64,000 bases of DNA from NCBI GenBank assembly GCA_963723525.1, contig CAVRRI010000027.1:79807-143806 (forward strand), read 5' to 3'. Under the pieces are notes generated by a model. It had not been told where the DNA came from. It ran no database searches and saw nothing but the letters and a program-made list of their open reading frames with translations. Positions 20,771-34,001 of this stretch are shown here, piece after piece. Made by a program: the position numbers and the translations under genes. How positions within the stretch are numbered: the stretch's first letter is position 1; every line of letters begins with the position of its first letter. The stretch comes from an uncultured Alphaproteobacteria bacterium (GTDB lineage: Bacteria > Pseudomonadota > Alphaproteobacteria > Rhizobiales > Beijerinckiaceae).

Positions 20771-21612
20771 TCAGGCCGATTCCTTCGGCAGATCGTCGCG
20801 GCGGCCCCATTCGTTCCAGGAGCCGTCGTAGATCTTCCAGCGTTCCTTGCCCATCCGGACGAGCTGGAAGGCTAGAACGGCGGCTGTTACGCCCGAGCCG
20901 CAGGTTGAGATGATCGGCCGTTCTGGGTCGATGCCGGCCTCTCGGAAAATCCTTTCCGCGGCATCAGGCGTTTCGAAACCGAAATCGCCGCTCTGGCGGA
21001 TCATTCTGCTCCATGGCAGGTTTATCGCGCCGGGCATATGGCCGGGTGGCAGGCCCGGATAGCCCGATGGCAACTCGCCCGTGAACCGCTCCGTAGTGCG
21101 CGCATCGACCACCTGTGCCTCGCCGGATTGTACGGCGCCGAGCACCTGCGCCAGTCGGCGACCTGCCCGGCCGGCCCGATCGCCGTGAATTGTCGCCGCG
21201 GCCACCGGCATCGTATCGCCGGTCTCGACCGGGCGCCGCTCCGCCTTCCAGCGCCGCCAGCCGCCATTCAGAATTCGGACCCTGTCATGGCCGAAAAGGC
21301 GGAACATCCACCAGACCCGCGCGGACACATAGCTCGCATCGTAGACGATGACCTCGTATCGTTGTCGATTCCGAGACTGCCCACCACTTCCGCGAATTGC
21401 TCCGTCGACGGCAGCATGTTCGGATAAGGCGAGGTCTTGTCCGACGCAGCGTCGAGATCGAAATAGCGCGCGGCGGGAATATGGCCCTCACGGAAGCTTT
21501 CCAGCCCGCATTTGCCTGCCTCGGGCGAATACCAACTGCAGTCGATTACGACGAGGTCAGGTCGCCCGAGTTTTTGTTGTAGTAGGCCGGGTTCGATGAG
21601 GAAGAGGTCCAT
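20771..21612 (-). CDS. sseA: 3-mercaptopyruvate sulfurtransferase (two-domain rhodanese); indels
   Basis: GHIPAA, RVWWMFRLFGH, GHMPGA, active-site loop CGSGVTA, YDGSWNEW. Confidence 0.9.
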
Positions 21613-21773
21613 GGCGCCTGATGCAATATTGACGTGAATGTTATGTGCGCGGCTGCAGATTTCGGCGACAGGTCAGGCGCTTTGCGCTGAAGGGCAGCTT
21701 TTGTACAGCGGGACACCGTTAACTCGCGTTCTGGAGCGTCGTCTTCGTCGGCATAGGCAGACTCCGCCCATGA

Positions 21774-22708
21774 TCAAACCTCTCTGGCTCTCAAGAGCGT
21801 TGCTGAGCGACGCAGATTGTAGGCGATCGCTGTGAGGCGCACTTGCAGCCCGGCTTTGGCGAGCCCGAGCCAGCGCATCCGACGCAAGCCATACGAGCGC
21901 TTCCAGGTCCCGAACACCTTCTCGATCCGGCAGCGTACAGCCCGAACCTGTGCGTTCCAGGCCTCGAGCCGGGCGAGGCCTGCAGGGCCGCCCCAGGTGG
22001 ACGTGTAGACTACGCGGGCCACGCCGCCGCGAGCCCGGATCACGTTCGTGAACCGGTCGGCCGCATAGGCGCTGTCCGCGTAGACGTCCCCAGGATCGGA
22101 CGGCAGCACCGCCTCCAGCATGATCCCGTCGTGAACATTGGCCGTCGTGATCTCTACGTTCACCAGGCCGCCGCCCTCATCCGTCGCAACATGCGCCTTG
22201 TAGCCGTGGACCGGCTTCTTGCGGCGATGGCCGGCCCAGCGTGCCTCGTCATCACTCTTGATGCTGGCTGATGCGATCAGGGCGGCATCGACCAGTGTGC
22301 CGGTTTTGACGGTAACGCCCTGCGCATCGAGCTGATCCGTCACGGCCGCAAACAGCACCCGGTCGAGGTCCCGCGCCAGCAACGCGCGACGGAACCGAAC
22401 GAACGCCGTGCGCTCTGGCGTTGGCTCCTCCGCCGCAAACCCGCAGAAGCGACGGAACGAGGTCCGATCGTCGAGAGCCTCGGCGAGCTTCACGTCGGAG
22501 AGGTCGTACCAGACCGCGAGCAGCAAAGCCTTGAACAGGGATAGCGGTGGCCAGGCCTGCTCGCCCTTCGCGGAGGCGTAGATCGGAGCCAGGTGGCGGT
22601 CGATTGCGGCCCAGTCGATCAGGCGATGAAGATCGTCGAGAGAGCCGGTCCGACTGCTCCCGCGATCACCGAGCCGGAGGTGCTCTTGCCCGATCCGACG
22701 CCGCGCAT
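21774..22708 (-). mobile_element. IS5-family transposase (terminal inverted repeats not confidently identified)
   Basis: RRIGQE..IDWAAID..WPPLSLFKALLLAVWYDLSD..SFRRFCG, DDE motifs VDA / YADSAY / RCRIEKVFG; ATG at 22708 is one base out of frame. Confidence 0.9.
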
Positions 22709-22879
22709 GAGCATCTCCGTCCCACGAACAGCTGACGGAATTATGCTAATGCAACGCGATCATATACCATAGCACTTAGTGCTTTCACGGCCTTGGTTTC
22801 AACTCATGTTCGCTCCGCTGCCGCTTGCACATTCCTCACACCTTCCGATCTACGTAGTGGCAGGCGGATCCACATCCTG

Positions 22880-23250
22880 GACAATATTGACTGCTGCGCG
22901 GGGGGCCGCAGCAGCCATGCGTTCGGATCGCTAGAAATTGCCGAGCAAGGTCGGAAACACTGCCGGGCCCTTCCGAGCCCGAGGCGCAGCACCAGCGGCG
23001 CGGCCTCGCGGATATCGTCGGTAGCCCTGGTGAGCAGTGTCTCGAGCTGGTCCAGTCGGCGATCCCCGCTGTCGTCCGCGGCGAAGCCGGCCGGTGGCGA
23101 TGCCGACCCGAGCCGCCACGGGCTCGCCTGCGGCCTTGGGCAGTCGGCGACCGCTGCTATCACGGCGAGCCCTGCCCGAACCGCGCGCTCGGCCTCGTTC
23201 TCGTGCGTCCGGGGCCAGCCGAAATAGGCGAGCACGCCATCGCCCTGACG
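22880..23250 (-). pseudogene. Internally deleted class III adenylate/guanylate cyclase-AAA (STAND-type) relic
   Basis: GDGVLAYFGWPRTHENEAERAVRAGLAVI and AARVGIATG (cyclase) join directly to AGFAADDSGDRRLDQLETLL..EAAPL (downstream AAA region). Confidence 0.7.
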
Positions 23251-23362
23251 GCGCTCACGTATACCCTAAATAGTTTGGTTGCTATGGGGTAGCTATGGCG
23301 GGAGGCCGTAGCGAGAGACAGTGTGCCTTCCGCTGTAAACTGTTGATGCTCTTGGTGATTTC

Positions 23363-23438
<76 letters not shown>

Positions 23439-23506
23439 ACGCAGGCCGCGGTGTCGGGATGGACCGCGGCTGATACTCCCCGCCGGAGCGGAGGGCGTCT
23501 CTATAG

Positions 23507-26084
<2,578 letters not shown>

Positions 26085-26087
<3 letters not shown>

Positions 26088-26130
26088 AGCATCGGACCCA
26101 AAAGTGGAATCCACTTTTGGGATCCATCCG
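26085..26130 (+). repeat. RIME/REP-like palindromic repeat family 1, truncated half
   Basis: TAGAGCATCGGACCCAAAAGTGGAATCCACTTTTGGGATCCATCCG; begins at the cmk TAG stop. Confidence 0.85.
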
Positions 26131-26306
26131 GGCACGCGCGGCGCGACCCGAGAACCTCGGGCCGCGAAAGGCGCCTGAACCTCGACCCGATCCTCGGGTC
26201 TCGCCGCGCTCCGTCCGAGGATGGCGCGTTTCAAGTGGACGGTTGCGCCGGAGCGAGAAGCTGCCACACTTTCCCGATCCGTTCGGCTCGGAGCAGGGAA
26301 CAGGCG

Positions 26307-27128
26307 ATGGTCCGACGCATCATCAACCGTCTCGCTGCAGGATGGGCGCCGGCCTTGGCGCTGTCGGCGGCGATGATCCTTGCACTGGCGGGCTCCCCCG
26401 CCCTGGCGCAGACGGAGGTGGATCTCGCCCTCGTGCTGGGGGTCGACATCTCCTATTCCATGGACCCGGACGAGCAGGCGCTGCAGCGCGAAGGGTTCGC
26501 CGAAGCCTTCCGCTCTCCCCTGGTCCACGACGCCGTCCGCCGCGGCATGCTGGGGCGGATCGCGGTGACCTATTTCGAATGGGCCGGCGCAGCCGACCAG
26601 AAGGTCATGGTGCCCTGGACCATCCTCGACGACCCCGAGAGCATCATGGCGTTCGCCGGCAAGATCGCCACCGTGCCGCTCCGGCGGGCGCAGCGGACCT
26701 CGGTCTCGGCGGCGATCGATTTCGGCGCGAGGCTCTTCGACGAGAGCCGGGTCGAGGCGACACGCCGGGTGATCGACATCTCGGGCGACGGACCCAACAA
26801 CCAGGGCCGCTTCGTGGTCCCGGCGCGGGACGAAGCGGTCGCGAAAGGGATCACCATCAACGGCCTGCCGATCATGCTGCGCAAGCCGGGCTACCTCGAC
26901 ATCGACGACCTCGAGGGCTACTTCCGGGACTGCGTCATCGGCGGAACGGGCGCCTTCATGGTGCCGGTGCGGGAGCGCGAGCAGTTTCCGCAGGCGATCA
27001 AGACCAAGATCCTCCTCGAGATCGCAGGGTCGGCGCCGCCGCGACCCCTGATCGAGCCCGTTCAGGCGAAGCCGCGAGCCAATTGCCTCATCGGGGAGAC
27101 CCAGTGGCGCGACCGGATGGGGAATTGA
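26307..27128 (+). CDS. DUF1194 (vWA-like) exported protein
   Basis: Signal peptide; [30 protein letters not shown]. Confidence 0.88.
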   Translation: MVRRIINRLAAGWAPALALSAAMILALAGSPALAQTEVDLALVLGVDISYSMDPDEQALQREGFAEAFRSPLVHDAVRRGMLGRIAVTYFEWAGAADQKVMVPWTILDDPESIMAFAGKIATVPLRRAQRTSVSAAIDFGARLFDESRVEATRRVIDISGDGPNNQGRFVVPARDEAVAKGITINGLPIMLRKPGYLDIDDLEGYFRDCVIGGTGAFMVPVREREQFPQAIKTKILLEIAGSAPPRPLIEPVQAKPRANCLIGETQWRDRMGN

Positions 27129-27544
27129 TGCAAGGCCTGACTCTCGCCCTCGTCGCCCACGACGACAAGAAGGCCGAAATGGCCGATTTCGTCGCCGCCC
27201 ATCACGGTTCGATCGGCCGGTTCGACCTCGTCGCCACCGGCACCACGGGCGCGCGGATCATGGAGCGTTGCCCGCACCTCAAGATCACGCGCCTGAAGAG
27301 CGGCCCCCTCGGCGGGGATCAGCAGATCGGCGCCATGATCGCCGAGGGCAGGATCGGCGCGCTCGTCTTCTTCGTCGACCCGCTTTCGCCCCACCCCCAC
27401 GACGTGGACGTGAAGGCGCTGATGCGGCTGGCGCTGGTCTACAACATCCCGATGGCGCTCAACCGCGCCACCGCCGAGCGTCTCATCGAGACGTTCGGCG
27501 TCAAGTCCCCCGAGGCTTCGCCCGCCGGGTCGGCGGCGCGGTGA
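27128..27544 (+). CDS. mgsA: Methylglyoxal synthase
   Basis: [35 protein letters not shown]. Confidence 0.95.
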   Translation: MQGLTLALVAHDDKKAEMADFVAAHHGSIGRFDLVATGTTGARIMERCPHLKITRLKSGPLGGDQQIGAMIAEGRIGALVFFVDPLSPHPHDVDVKALMRLALVYNIPMALNRATAERLIETFGVKSPEASPAGSAAR

Positions 27545-29969
27545 GGGGATCCTCCGGCCAGGGATGCTTGGGGTATTGCCCGCGCATGTCGGCGCGCACG
27601 GCCGCCCACGAGCCGCGCCAGAATCCCGGCAGGTCGCGGGTGATCTGGATCGGACGCCCCGCCGGCGAGAGGAGGTGCAGGACGAGCGGCACGCGGCCGG
27701 CCGCGAGGGTCGGGTGCCTGTCGAGGCCGAAGAGCTCCTGCACCCGCACGGGGAGGACCGGTCCCCCCTCCGCTCCGTAATCGATGGGGATCCGGGACCC
27801 CGTCGGCACCTCCAGGTGGGTCGGCGCCTCCTCGTCGAGCCGCCGCCGCAGGGGCCAGGGCAGGAGCGCGTGGAGCGCATCGCTCAACGTGTCGGCGCCG
27901 ATGTCGCCGAGCCCCGTGCGGCCGGCGAGGTGCGGCGCGAACCAGGTTTCGATGCCGGCCGTCAGGGCGGCGTCCGAGAGATCGGGCCATTCGCCACCCT
28001 CCGCGCGCCGCAGGAACAGGACCCGCTCGCGCCATTGCGACAGCGCCTTCGACCAGGGCCAGGCCTGCGGGCCGAGCGACGCCAGCCCACGGGAGAGAGC
28101 CCGGGCCGCCTCGTCCGTCGCCGGTACCGGGAGGGGGCGCTCGTTGAGGACGAGGGCCCCGTATCGGCGGACCTTGCGCGCCCGCAGGGCCTTCGCGCCG
28201 CGGTCGAACGCGACCTCCTCCGTCTCCTCGACGTGGGCGCCGACGGCCTCCTCCAGGTCCTCCGCCGTGAGCGCCGCCGCGGCGAGGATGCGGGACGAAG
28301 CGGCCGCCCCCGCGACCTCCGCGACGGCCAGGAACGGCTCCCGGGCCAGACGGTCGTGGGCTTCGAGGCTCGCGGCGCGCCCGCTCGCCATGAGGTACTC
28401 GCCCGGCCTGCCGCGCGCCTTGGCGATGCGGTCGGGATAGGCGAGCGCGAGGAGTGGGCCGAGGGCGGCGGCCTCGCGCGGCCGGGATGCGGACCCGGCC
28501 GCGCGCGCCCAGCCCTCCGCCATGCGACGCATGTCGTCGGCGCGCTTCGACCGGTCGCGCCGGAAGCGCTCGACGCGGTCCGTCAGGTCGACGGCATCGC
28601 CGCCGAGGCCGCGCTCGACGAGAACGGCCGCGAGATCCGCGGCATCGTGGGCGCGGCCAGTCTCGCCGGCCGCGACGATCATGCGGGCGAGGCGAGGCGC
28701 GAGCGGCAAGGCGCGCAATCTCCGGCCCATCGGGGTGATGCGGCCCTCCGGGTCGAGCCCGTCGAGCTCGCGCAGCAGCGCCTTCGCCTCCTTGAGCGCC
28801 GGCCCGGGCGGCGGGTCCAGGAAGGCGAGCGTCGAGGGATCCGTTACCCCCCAGGCGGCGCAGTCGAGAAGGAACGGGCTCAGGTCGGCCGACAGGATCT
28901 CGGGCTTCGCAAAGGGTTCGAGCGCCCCGGTCGCGGCCTCCTCCCAGAGGCGATAGCACACGCCCGGCTCCGTGCGCCCCGCGCGCCCGCGGCGCTGGTC
29001 GGCGGCGGCCCGCGAGACGCGCACCGTCTCGAGACGCGTGAGCCCGAGATCGGGCTCGTAGACGGGAACGCGCGCGAGTCCGGAATCGACGACGACCCGG
29101 ACGCCCTCGATGGTGAGCGAGGTCTCCGCGATCGAGGTGGCGAGCACCACCTTGCGGCGGCCGGGTTTCGCGGGACCGACCGCCAGGTCCTGCTCGGCCC
29201 GGTCGAGCGCGCCGTAGAGCGGCGCGATGTCGACGTGAGGATCCACCACCCGCTCGCGCAGCCGGGTCTCGACGCGGCGGATCTCCCCCTGTCCGGGCAG
29301 GAAGACGAGAAGCGAGCCGGGTTCGGCGCGCAGGGCGCGCGTCACGACATCCGTCACCTCGTCCTCGATGCGCCGGTCCGGATCGCGCCCGACATGGCGG
29401 GTCTCGACCGGGTAGGCCCGCCCCTCGGAGCGGATCACGGGAGCATCGCCCATCAGGCGCGCGACCCTGGCCCCGTCGAGGGTCGCCGACATGACGACGA
29501 GACGCAGGTCCTCCCGCAATCCCCCCTGCGCATCGAGCGCCAGCGCGAGGCCGAGATCGGCGTCGAGGGAGCGCTCGTGGAACTCGTCGAACAGCACCGC
29601 CGCCACGCCGTCGAGCGCGGGATCATCGAGGATCATGCGGGTGAAGATGCCCTCGGTGACCACCTCGATCCGCGTCCGCGCCGAGATCCTGGAACCGAGC
29701 CGGACCCGCAATCCCACCGTGCCGCCCGCCGTTTCGCCGAGGCTCCAGGCCATGCGCTCGGCGGCGGCCCGGGCGGCGAGGCGCCGGGGCTCCAGGACGA
29801 TCAGCTTGCGGTTCCCGACCCAGGGCTCGTCGAGAAGGGCCAGCGGCACCCGCGTCGTCTTGCCGGCGCCGGGCGGCGCGACGAGGACCGCGTTGGGACG
29901 CGCGCGCAGGCTCGCCGCGAGATCGGCAAGCACGGCGTCGATCGGGAGGGCGGTATCGAAAGCGCGCAT
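27501..29969 (-). CDS. hrpB: ATP-dependent helicase HrpB
   Basis: [48 protein letters not shown]. Confidence 0.95.
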   Translation of the reverse strand: MRAFDTALPIDAVLADLAASLRARPNAVLVAPPGAGKTTRVPLALLDEPWVGNRKLIVLEPRRLAARAAAERMAWSLGETAGGTVGLRVRLGSRISARTRIEVVTEGIFTRMILDDPALDGVAAVLFDEFHERSLDADLGLALALDAQGGLREDLRLVVMSATLDGARVARLMGDAPVIRSEGRAYPVETRHVGRDPDRRIEDEVTDVVTRALRAEPGSLLVFLPGQGEIRRVETRLRERVVDPHVDIAPLYGALDRAEQDLAVGPAKPGRRKVVLATSIAETSLTIEGVRVVVDSGLARVPVYEPDLGLTRLETVRVSRAAADQRRGRAGRTEPGVCYRLWEEAATGALEPFAKPEILSADLSPFLLDCAAWGVTDPSTLAFLDPPPGPALKEAKALLRELDGLDPEGRITPMGRRLRALPLAPRLARMIVAAGETGRAHDAADLAAVLVERGLGGDAVDLTDRVERFRRDRSKRADDMRRMAEGWARAAGSASRPREAAALGPLLALAYPDRIAKARGRPGEYLMASGRAASLEAHDRLAREPFLAVAEVAGAAASSRILAAAALTAEDLEEAVGAHVEETEEVAFDRGAKALRARKVRRYGALVLNERPLPVPATDEAARALSRGLASLGPQAWPWSKALSQWRERVLFLRRAEGGEWPDLSDAALTAGIETWFAPHLAGRTGLGDIGADTLSDALHALLPWPLRRRLDEEAPTHLEVPTGSRIPIDYGAEGGPVLPVRVQELFGLDRHPTLAAGRVPLVLHLLSPAGRPIQITRDLPGFWRGSWAAVRADMRGQYPKHPWPEDPLTAPPTRRAKPRGT

Positions 29970-30011
29970 CCCCGCGTGATGGCCGACCGGCCCCCTCCCC
30001 GCAAGCGGCAT

Positions 30012-30629
30012 TCAGGAAGCGGCGATGCCGAAACGGTCGAGCTCGGCTGCAAGGTCCATCGGCTCCCGGTAGTGGACGGCATGCATCCCGACCGAACGGG
30101 CGCCCTCCACGTTGGCGGCGCTGTCGTCGATGAAGACGCAATCCGGCGCTTCGAGCCCATACCGGGAGAGCAGCAGCTTGTAGATCGCCGGGTCGGGTTT
30201 CAGGAGGCGTTCGTCTCCGGACACGATGATGCCGTCGAAGCCGGCGAGGAACGGAAAGCGCATCTGCGCCTCCCGGAATTTCGCGCCGGAGAAGTTGGTG
30301 ATGCAGTAGGTGGGAACGCCCGCTTCGCGCAGGCGCCCCAGCAGCGCGACGTTGTCCTCGAACGTGCCGTCGACGAGCTCGTGCCAGCGCTCGTGGAAGG
30401 CCCGGATCGGAGCTTCGTGGTCCGGGTGCCGTTCGACGAGCAGCGCCACCGCCTCGTCCCAGCCGCGGCCGCGATCCTGCTCGATGTTCCATTCGGGCGT
30501 GCAGACATTCGTGAGGAACCACTCCATCCGCGCTTCGTCGTCGAAGATCTTGCGGTAGAGGTTGCGGGGGTCCCACCGGATGAGGACGTTGCCGACGTCG
30601 AAGACGACCTTGGAAGGCATGCGGTTCAT
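30012..30629 (-). CDS. HAD-family phosphatase
   Basis: FDVGNV, TN, KPDP, FIDD motifs. Confidence 0.88.
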   Translation of the reverse strand: MNRMPSKVVFDVGNVLIRWDPRNLYRKIFDDEARMEWFLTNVCTPEWNIEQDRGRGWDEAVALLVERHPDHEAPIRAFHERWHELVDGTFEDNVALLGRLREAGVPTYCITNFSGAKFREAQMRFPFLAGFDGIIVSGDERLLKPDPAIYKLLLSRYGLEAPDCVFIDDSAANVEGARSVGMHAVHYREPMDLAAELDRFGIAAS

Positions 30630-30650
30630 TCTTCTCCTCGAGAGCTTGCC

Positions 30651-31223
30651 CTATACCGCTGCCGCCGGCGCGGTCGTCCGGCGCTCGCCCCGATAGGACG
30701 GGGCGATCACCCTTACGGCATCGCCCGCCGCGACCGAACCCTCGCTCTCGACGAGGCCCACGAGGCCGCGCAGACCCGTCGCCTCCTTCGGAAAGGCGAA
30801 TTCGAGAGCCCTGTCGCCGTGAGCCTCGGCGATCCTGCGCCCCGGCTGGCGGCACGGCGCGTTCGGCTCGGTGACGAAGATCGTCGCGCCCGTTGGAAAT
30901 TGCAGCCGGGTGGCCGGCGCCAGCTGCGTCAGGCTCTCGAGACCGGCGATGACCAGGTTGGCGCCGAGCAGCGCGGGATCGAGATGGGCGAGGCCGAGCG
31001 CCCGCGCGACGAGCGCGCATTCCTCCACCGACACGATGGAGACGTGGCGCGTATTGGCGATGGGCGTGCCGCGCCTGTGCCAGGGCGTACGCGCATCCGC
31101 CGGCCGCGTCGCGCCCGCATGGCGGTGGCCGGGGATGCCCGAGAAGGTGAGAGCAAGGCTCGGCACGGTGCGGCAGACGAAATCGTCCCCGTCCGCCATG
31201 AGCAGCGACGCAACGAACGCCAT
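30651..31223 (-). CDS. MOSC-domain protein
   Basis: RHAG, RHVSIVS, LGANLV, PNAPC, RGLVGLVE. Confidence 0.82.
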   Translation of the reverse strand: MAFVASLLMADGDDFVCRTVPSLALTFSGIPGHRHAGATRPADARTPWHRRGTPIANTRHVSIVSVEECALVARALGLAHLDPALLGANLVIAGLESLTQLAPATRLQFPTGATIFVTEPNAPCRQPGRRIAEAHGDRALEFAFPKEATGLRGLVGLVESEGSVAAGDAVRVIAPSYRGERRTTAPAAAV

Positions 31224-31234
31224 CAAAAGAACCC

Positions 31235-33524
31235 TCAGCCGCCGATATTGAAGCCGGCGAGCGCCGCCATGTTGACGATGTCGGCGTCCGTCGCGCCGAG
31301 CGAGACGATCTGGACCGGCTTGTCGAGGCCGACGACCAGCGGGCCGAGCACCATCGCGCCGCCGAGTTCCTGCAGCATCTTGGTGGAGATGGAGGCGGAA
31401 TGGAAAGCCGGCATCACGAGGACGTTCGCCGGGCCTTTCAGGCGGCTGAACGGGTACTGCGCCATGTGTTCCCGGTTGAGCGCGATATCGGCCGCCATCT
31501 CGCCGTCATACTCGAAATCGACCCGCATGCCGTCGAGGATCCGCACCGCCTCCTGGATCTTCTCGGCGCGCTCGGCCTTGGGGTGGCCGAAGGTGGAGAA
31601 GGACAGGAGCGCCACGCGGGGCTCGTAGCCGAGACGGCGGGCGACGCCGGCGGCCTCCAGGGCGATCTCGGCGAGCTCCTGCGCGTTCGGCATCTCGTGG
31701 ATCGCCGTGTCGGCCACGAGCACCGTGCGGCCGCGGGCGAGGCAGAGCGAAATGCCGATGACCCGATGGCCGGGCTTCGCGTCGATGACCCGCTGCACGT
31801 CGGTGAGCGCCGTCGAGTAGTTGCGGGTCACGCCCGTCACCATGGCGTCCGCGTCGCCAAGCGCCACCATGGAGGCCGCGAAGTGGTTGCGGTCCTGGTT
31901 GATCAGGCGCTGGCAGTCGCGGAACAGGAATCCCTGGCGCTGAAGGCGCTCGTACAGGAACTGGGCGTAGACGGCATTGCGGCGGGAGAGCCGGGCATTG
32001 TGGATCTCGATGCCCTCCCGGCCTCCGAGATCGATGCCCGCGAAGGTCGCCGTCTCGTGGACCCGCTCCTCGCGGCCGACGAGGATCGCCGTGCCGAGGC
32101 CCTGGTTGACGAAGGAGAGCGCGGCGCGGATCACCTGCTCCTCCTCGCCCTCCGCGAACACCACGCGCTTCGGGAATTTCCGCACGCGCTCGAAGATGCG
32201 GTTGAGGGTGCCGGCGACGGGATCGAGCCGCGCGGAGAGCGACGCTCTTGTAGCTGCGCATATCGACGATCGGACGGCGCGCGACGCCGGTGTCCATCGC
32301 GGCCTTCGCGACCGCGAGCGGCACCGTCGCGATGAGGCGCGGATCGAACGGGACCGGGATGATGTAGTCGCGCCCGAAGCGCGGGCGCGAGCCCTGATAG
32401 GCGGCGGCCACCTCGTCCGGCACGTCCTCGCGGGCGAGGTCGGCGAGGGCCTGCGCGGCCGCGATCTTCATCTCCATGTTGATCGTGGTCGCCTGCACGT
32501 CCAGCGCCCCGCGGAAGATGTACGGGAAGCCGAGCACGTTGTTGACCTGGTTCGGATAGTCCGATCGTCCGGTCGCGATGATCACGTCGTCGCGGACGCG
32601 GGCCACGTCCTCGGGCGTGATCTCCGGATCGGGATTCGCCATCGCGAAGATGATGGGCTTGTCCGCCATCGAACGGATCATGTCGTCCGTGAAGGCGCCC
32701 TTCACGGAGAGGCCGAAGACGGCGTCCGCCCCCTCCAGCGCTTCCGACAGCGTCCGCGCGGCGGTCTCGGCAGCGTGGGCCGATTTCCACTGGTTCATGC
32801 CCTCGGTGCGGCCGCGGAAGACGACGCCCTTGGTGTCGCAGAGGATCACGTTGTTGGGCGCGAAGCCCATGGCCTTCAGGAGCTCCGTGCAGGCGATGCC
32901 GGCGGCCCCGGCGCCGTTCACCACGAGGCGGGTCTTGGCCATGTCGCGGCCGGTGAGGTGGAGGGCGTTGATGAGGCCGGCCGCCGCGATGATGGCGGTG
33001 CCGTGCTGGTCGTCATGGAACACCGGGATGTCCATGAGCTCGCGCAGGCGCTCCTCGATGATGAAGCATTCCGGCGCCTTGATGTCCTCGAGGTTGATGC
33101 CCCCGAAGGAAGGCCCGAGATAGCGCACGGAATTGATGAACGCGTCCGGGTCTTCGGTGTCGACTTCGAGGTCGATGGAATCGACGTCGGCGAAGCGCTT
33201 GAAGAGGACGGCCTTTCCTTCCATCACGGGCTTCGAGGCGAGCGCTCCGAGATTGCCGAGACCCAGGATCGCGGTGCCGTTCGAGATCACCGCCACCATG
33301 TTGGCGCGGGCGGTCAAATCGAAGGCGCAGGAGGGATTTTCGGCGATCGCCTTCACCGGCACCGCAACGCCCGGCGAATAGGCGAGCGAGAGGTCCCGCT
33401 GCGTCGCCATCGGCTTCGTGGGCACCACCTCGAGCTTGCCGGGGCGCCCTTGCGAGTGGAACTGGAGGGCCTCCTGGTCGGTGAAGGTGGGACGGACGCG
33501 GCGGCCGGGGCGCTGATCGTTCAT
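31235..33524 (-). CDS. maeB: NADP-dependent malic enzyme with PTA domain; indel near 32250
   Basis: [36 protein letters not shown]; C-terminal [15 protein letters not shown] domain. Confidence 0.95.
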
Positions 33525-33673
33525 CGATGATGGGCTTTATGGTTGTCGTTGGGCATTTCCGGGTCGAATTTCGACCTTACGGCACGACGCGCCCTCCGCT
33601 CAAGGCTTGTCCACACAATCCCCCGCATCCGGCGAAGACCCCGTGACGCGGGTGAAACCCCCGGCCGGCTTTG

Positions 33674-33766
33674 CTAGACCTGCCTCCACGGGCGTGGAAT
33701 CAGCTCTCGATGCTCTTGTGCCGCATTTTCGACGGTGAAGGGGACCCGCTTCACCGGAAAATGCTC
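33674..33766. repeat. Palindromic repeat family 2
   Basis: CTAGACCTGCCTCCACGGGCGTGGAATCAG...GCATTTTCGACGGTGAAGGGGACCCGCTTCACCGGAAAATGCTC; homolog at 43921-44013. Confidence 0.75.
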
Positions 33767-33992
33767 AGAGCATCGGACCCAGAGTGGAATCCACTTTTGG
33801 GATCCATCCGATGCTCTTTGTCTTAAAGCAGCGCATCGTTTTGCGCGGAAAACCGGGTCCACTTTTCCGCACGATGCACGCATCGGACCCAAAAGTGGAC
33901 CCCACTTTTGGGATCCATCCGATGCTCTTTCTCTTAAGCAGCGCATCGTTCGGTGCGGAAAACCGGGTCCACTTTTCCGCACGATGCGCTAG
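33767..33992 (+). repeat. RIME/REP-like family 1, tandem dimer (A-B-A-B hairpins)
   Basis: Two ~112-bp units: AGCATCGGA-CCCAAAAGTGG..CCACTTTTGGG..TCCGATGCT plus GCGCATCGT..GCGGAAAA..TTTTCCGC-ACGATGCGC, ending in CTAG. Confidence 0.9.
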
Positions 33993-34001
33993 GGTCCGGC
34001 C

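Larger units (their letters stand above)
1..23362. mobile_element. Genomic island abutting the 3' end of tRNA-Ala (left end beyond the window)
   Basis: Accessory catabolic genes, IS5, several relics, visibly lower GC and frequent CTAG in 7.6-23.3 kb, none of the host repeats, att-like junction at the tRNA. Confidence 0.7.

Noticed and set aside
21630-22800. Exact IS5 terminal inverted repeats and target duplication
   Set aside because: Candidate ends (~21645 and ~22790) do not form a convincing inverted pair
27501-27544. 44-bp convergent overlap of mgsA and hrpB as antisense regulation
   Set aside because: Short tail-to-tail overlaps are common in compact GC-rich genomes; no further support
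27564-31628. 1354-aa plus-strand ORF
   Set aside because: Antisense shadow of hrpB/HAD/MOSC/maeB in GC-rich DNA; no recognisable motifs
33767-33992. Possible CRISPR array (also 63201-63428)
   Set aside because: Units are ~112-bp palindromic tandem copies without unique spacers; no cas genes
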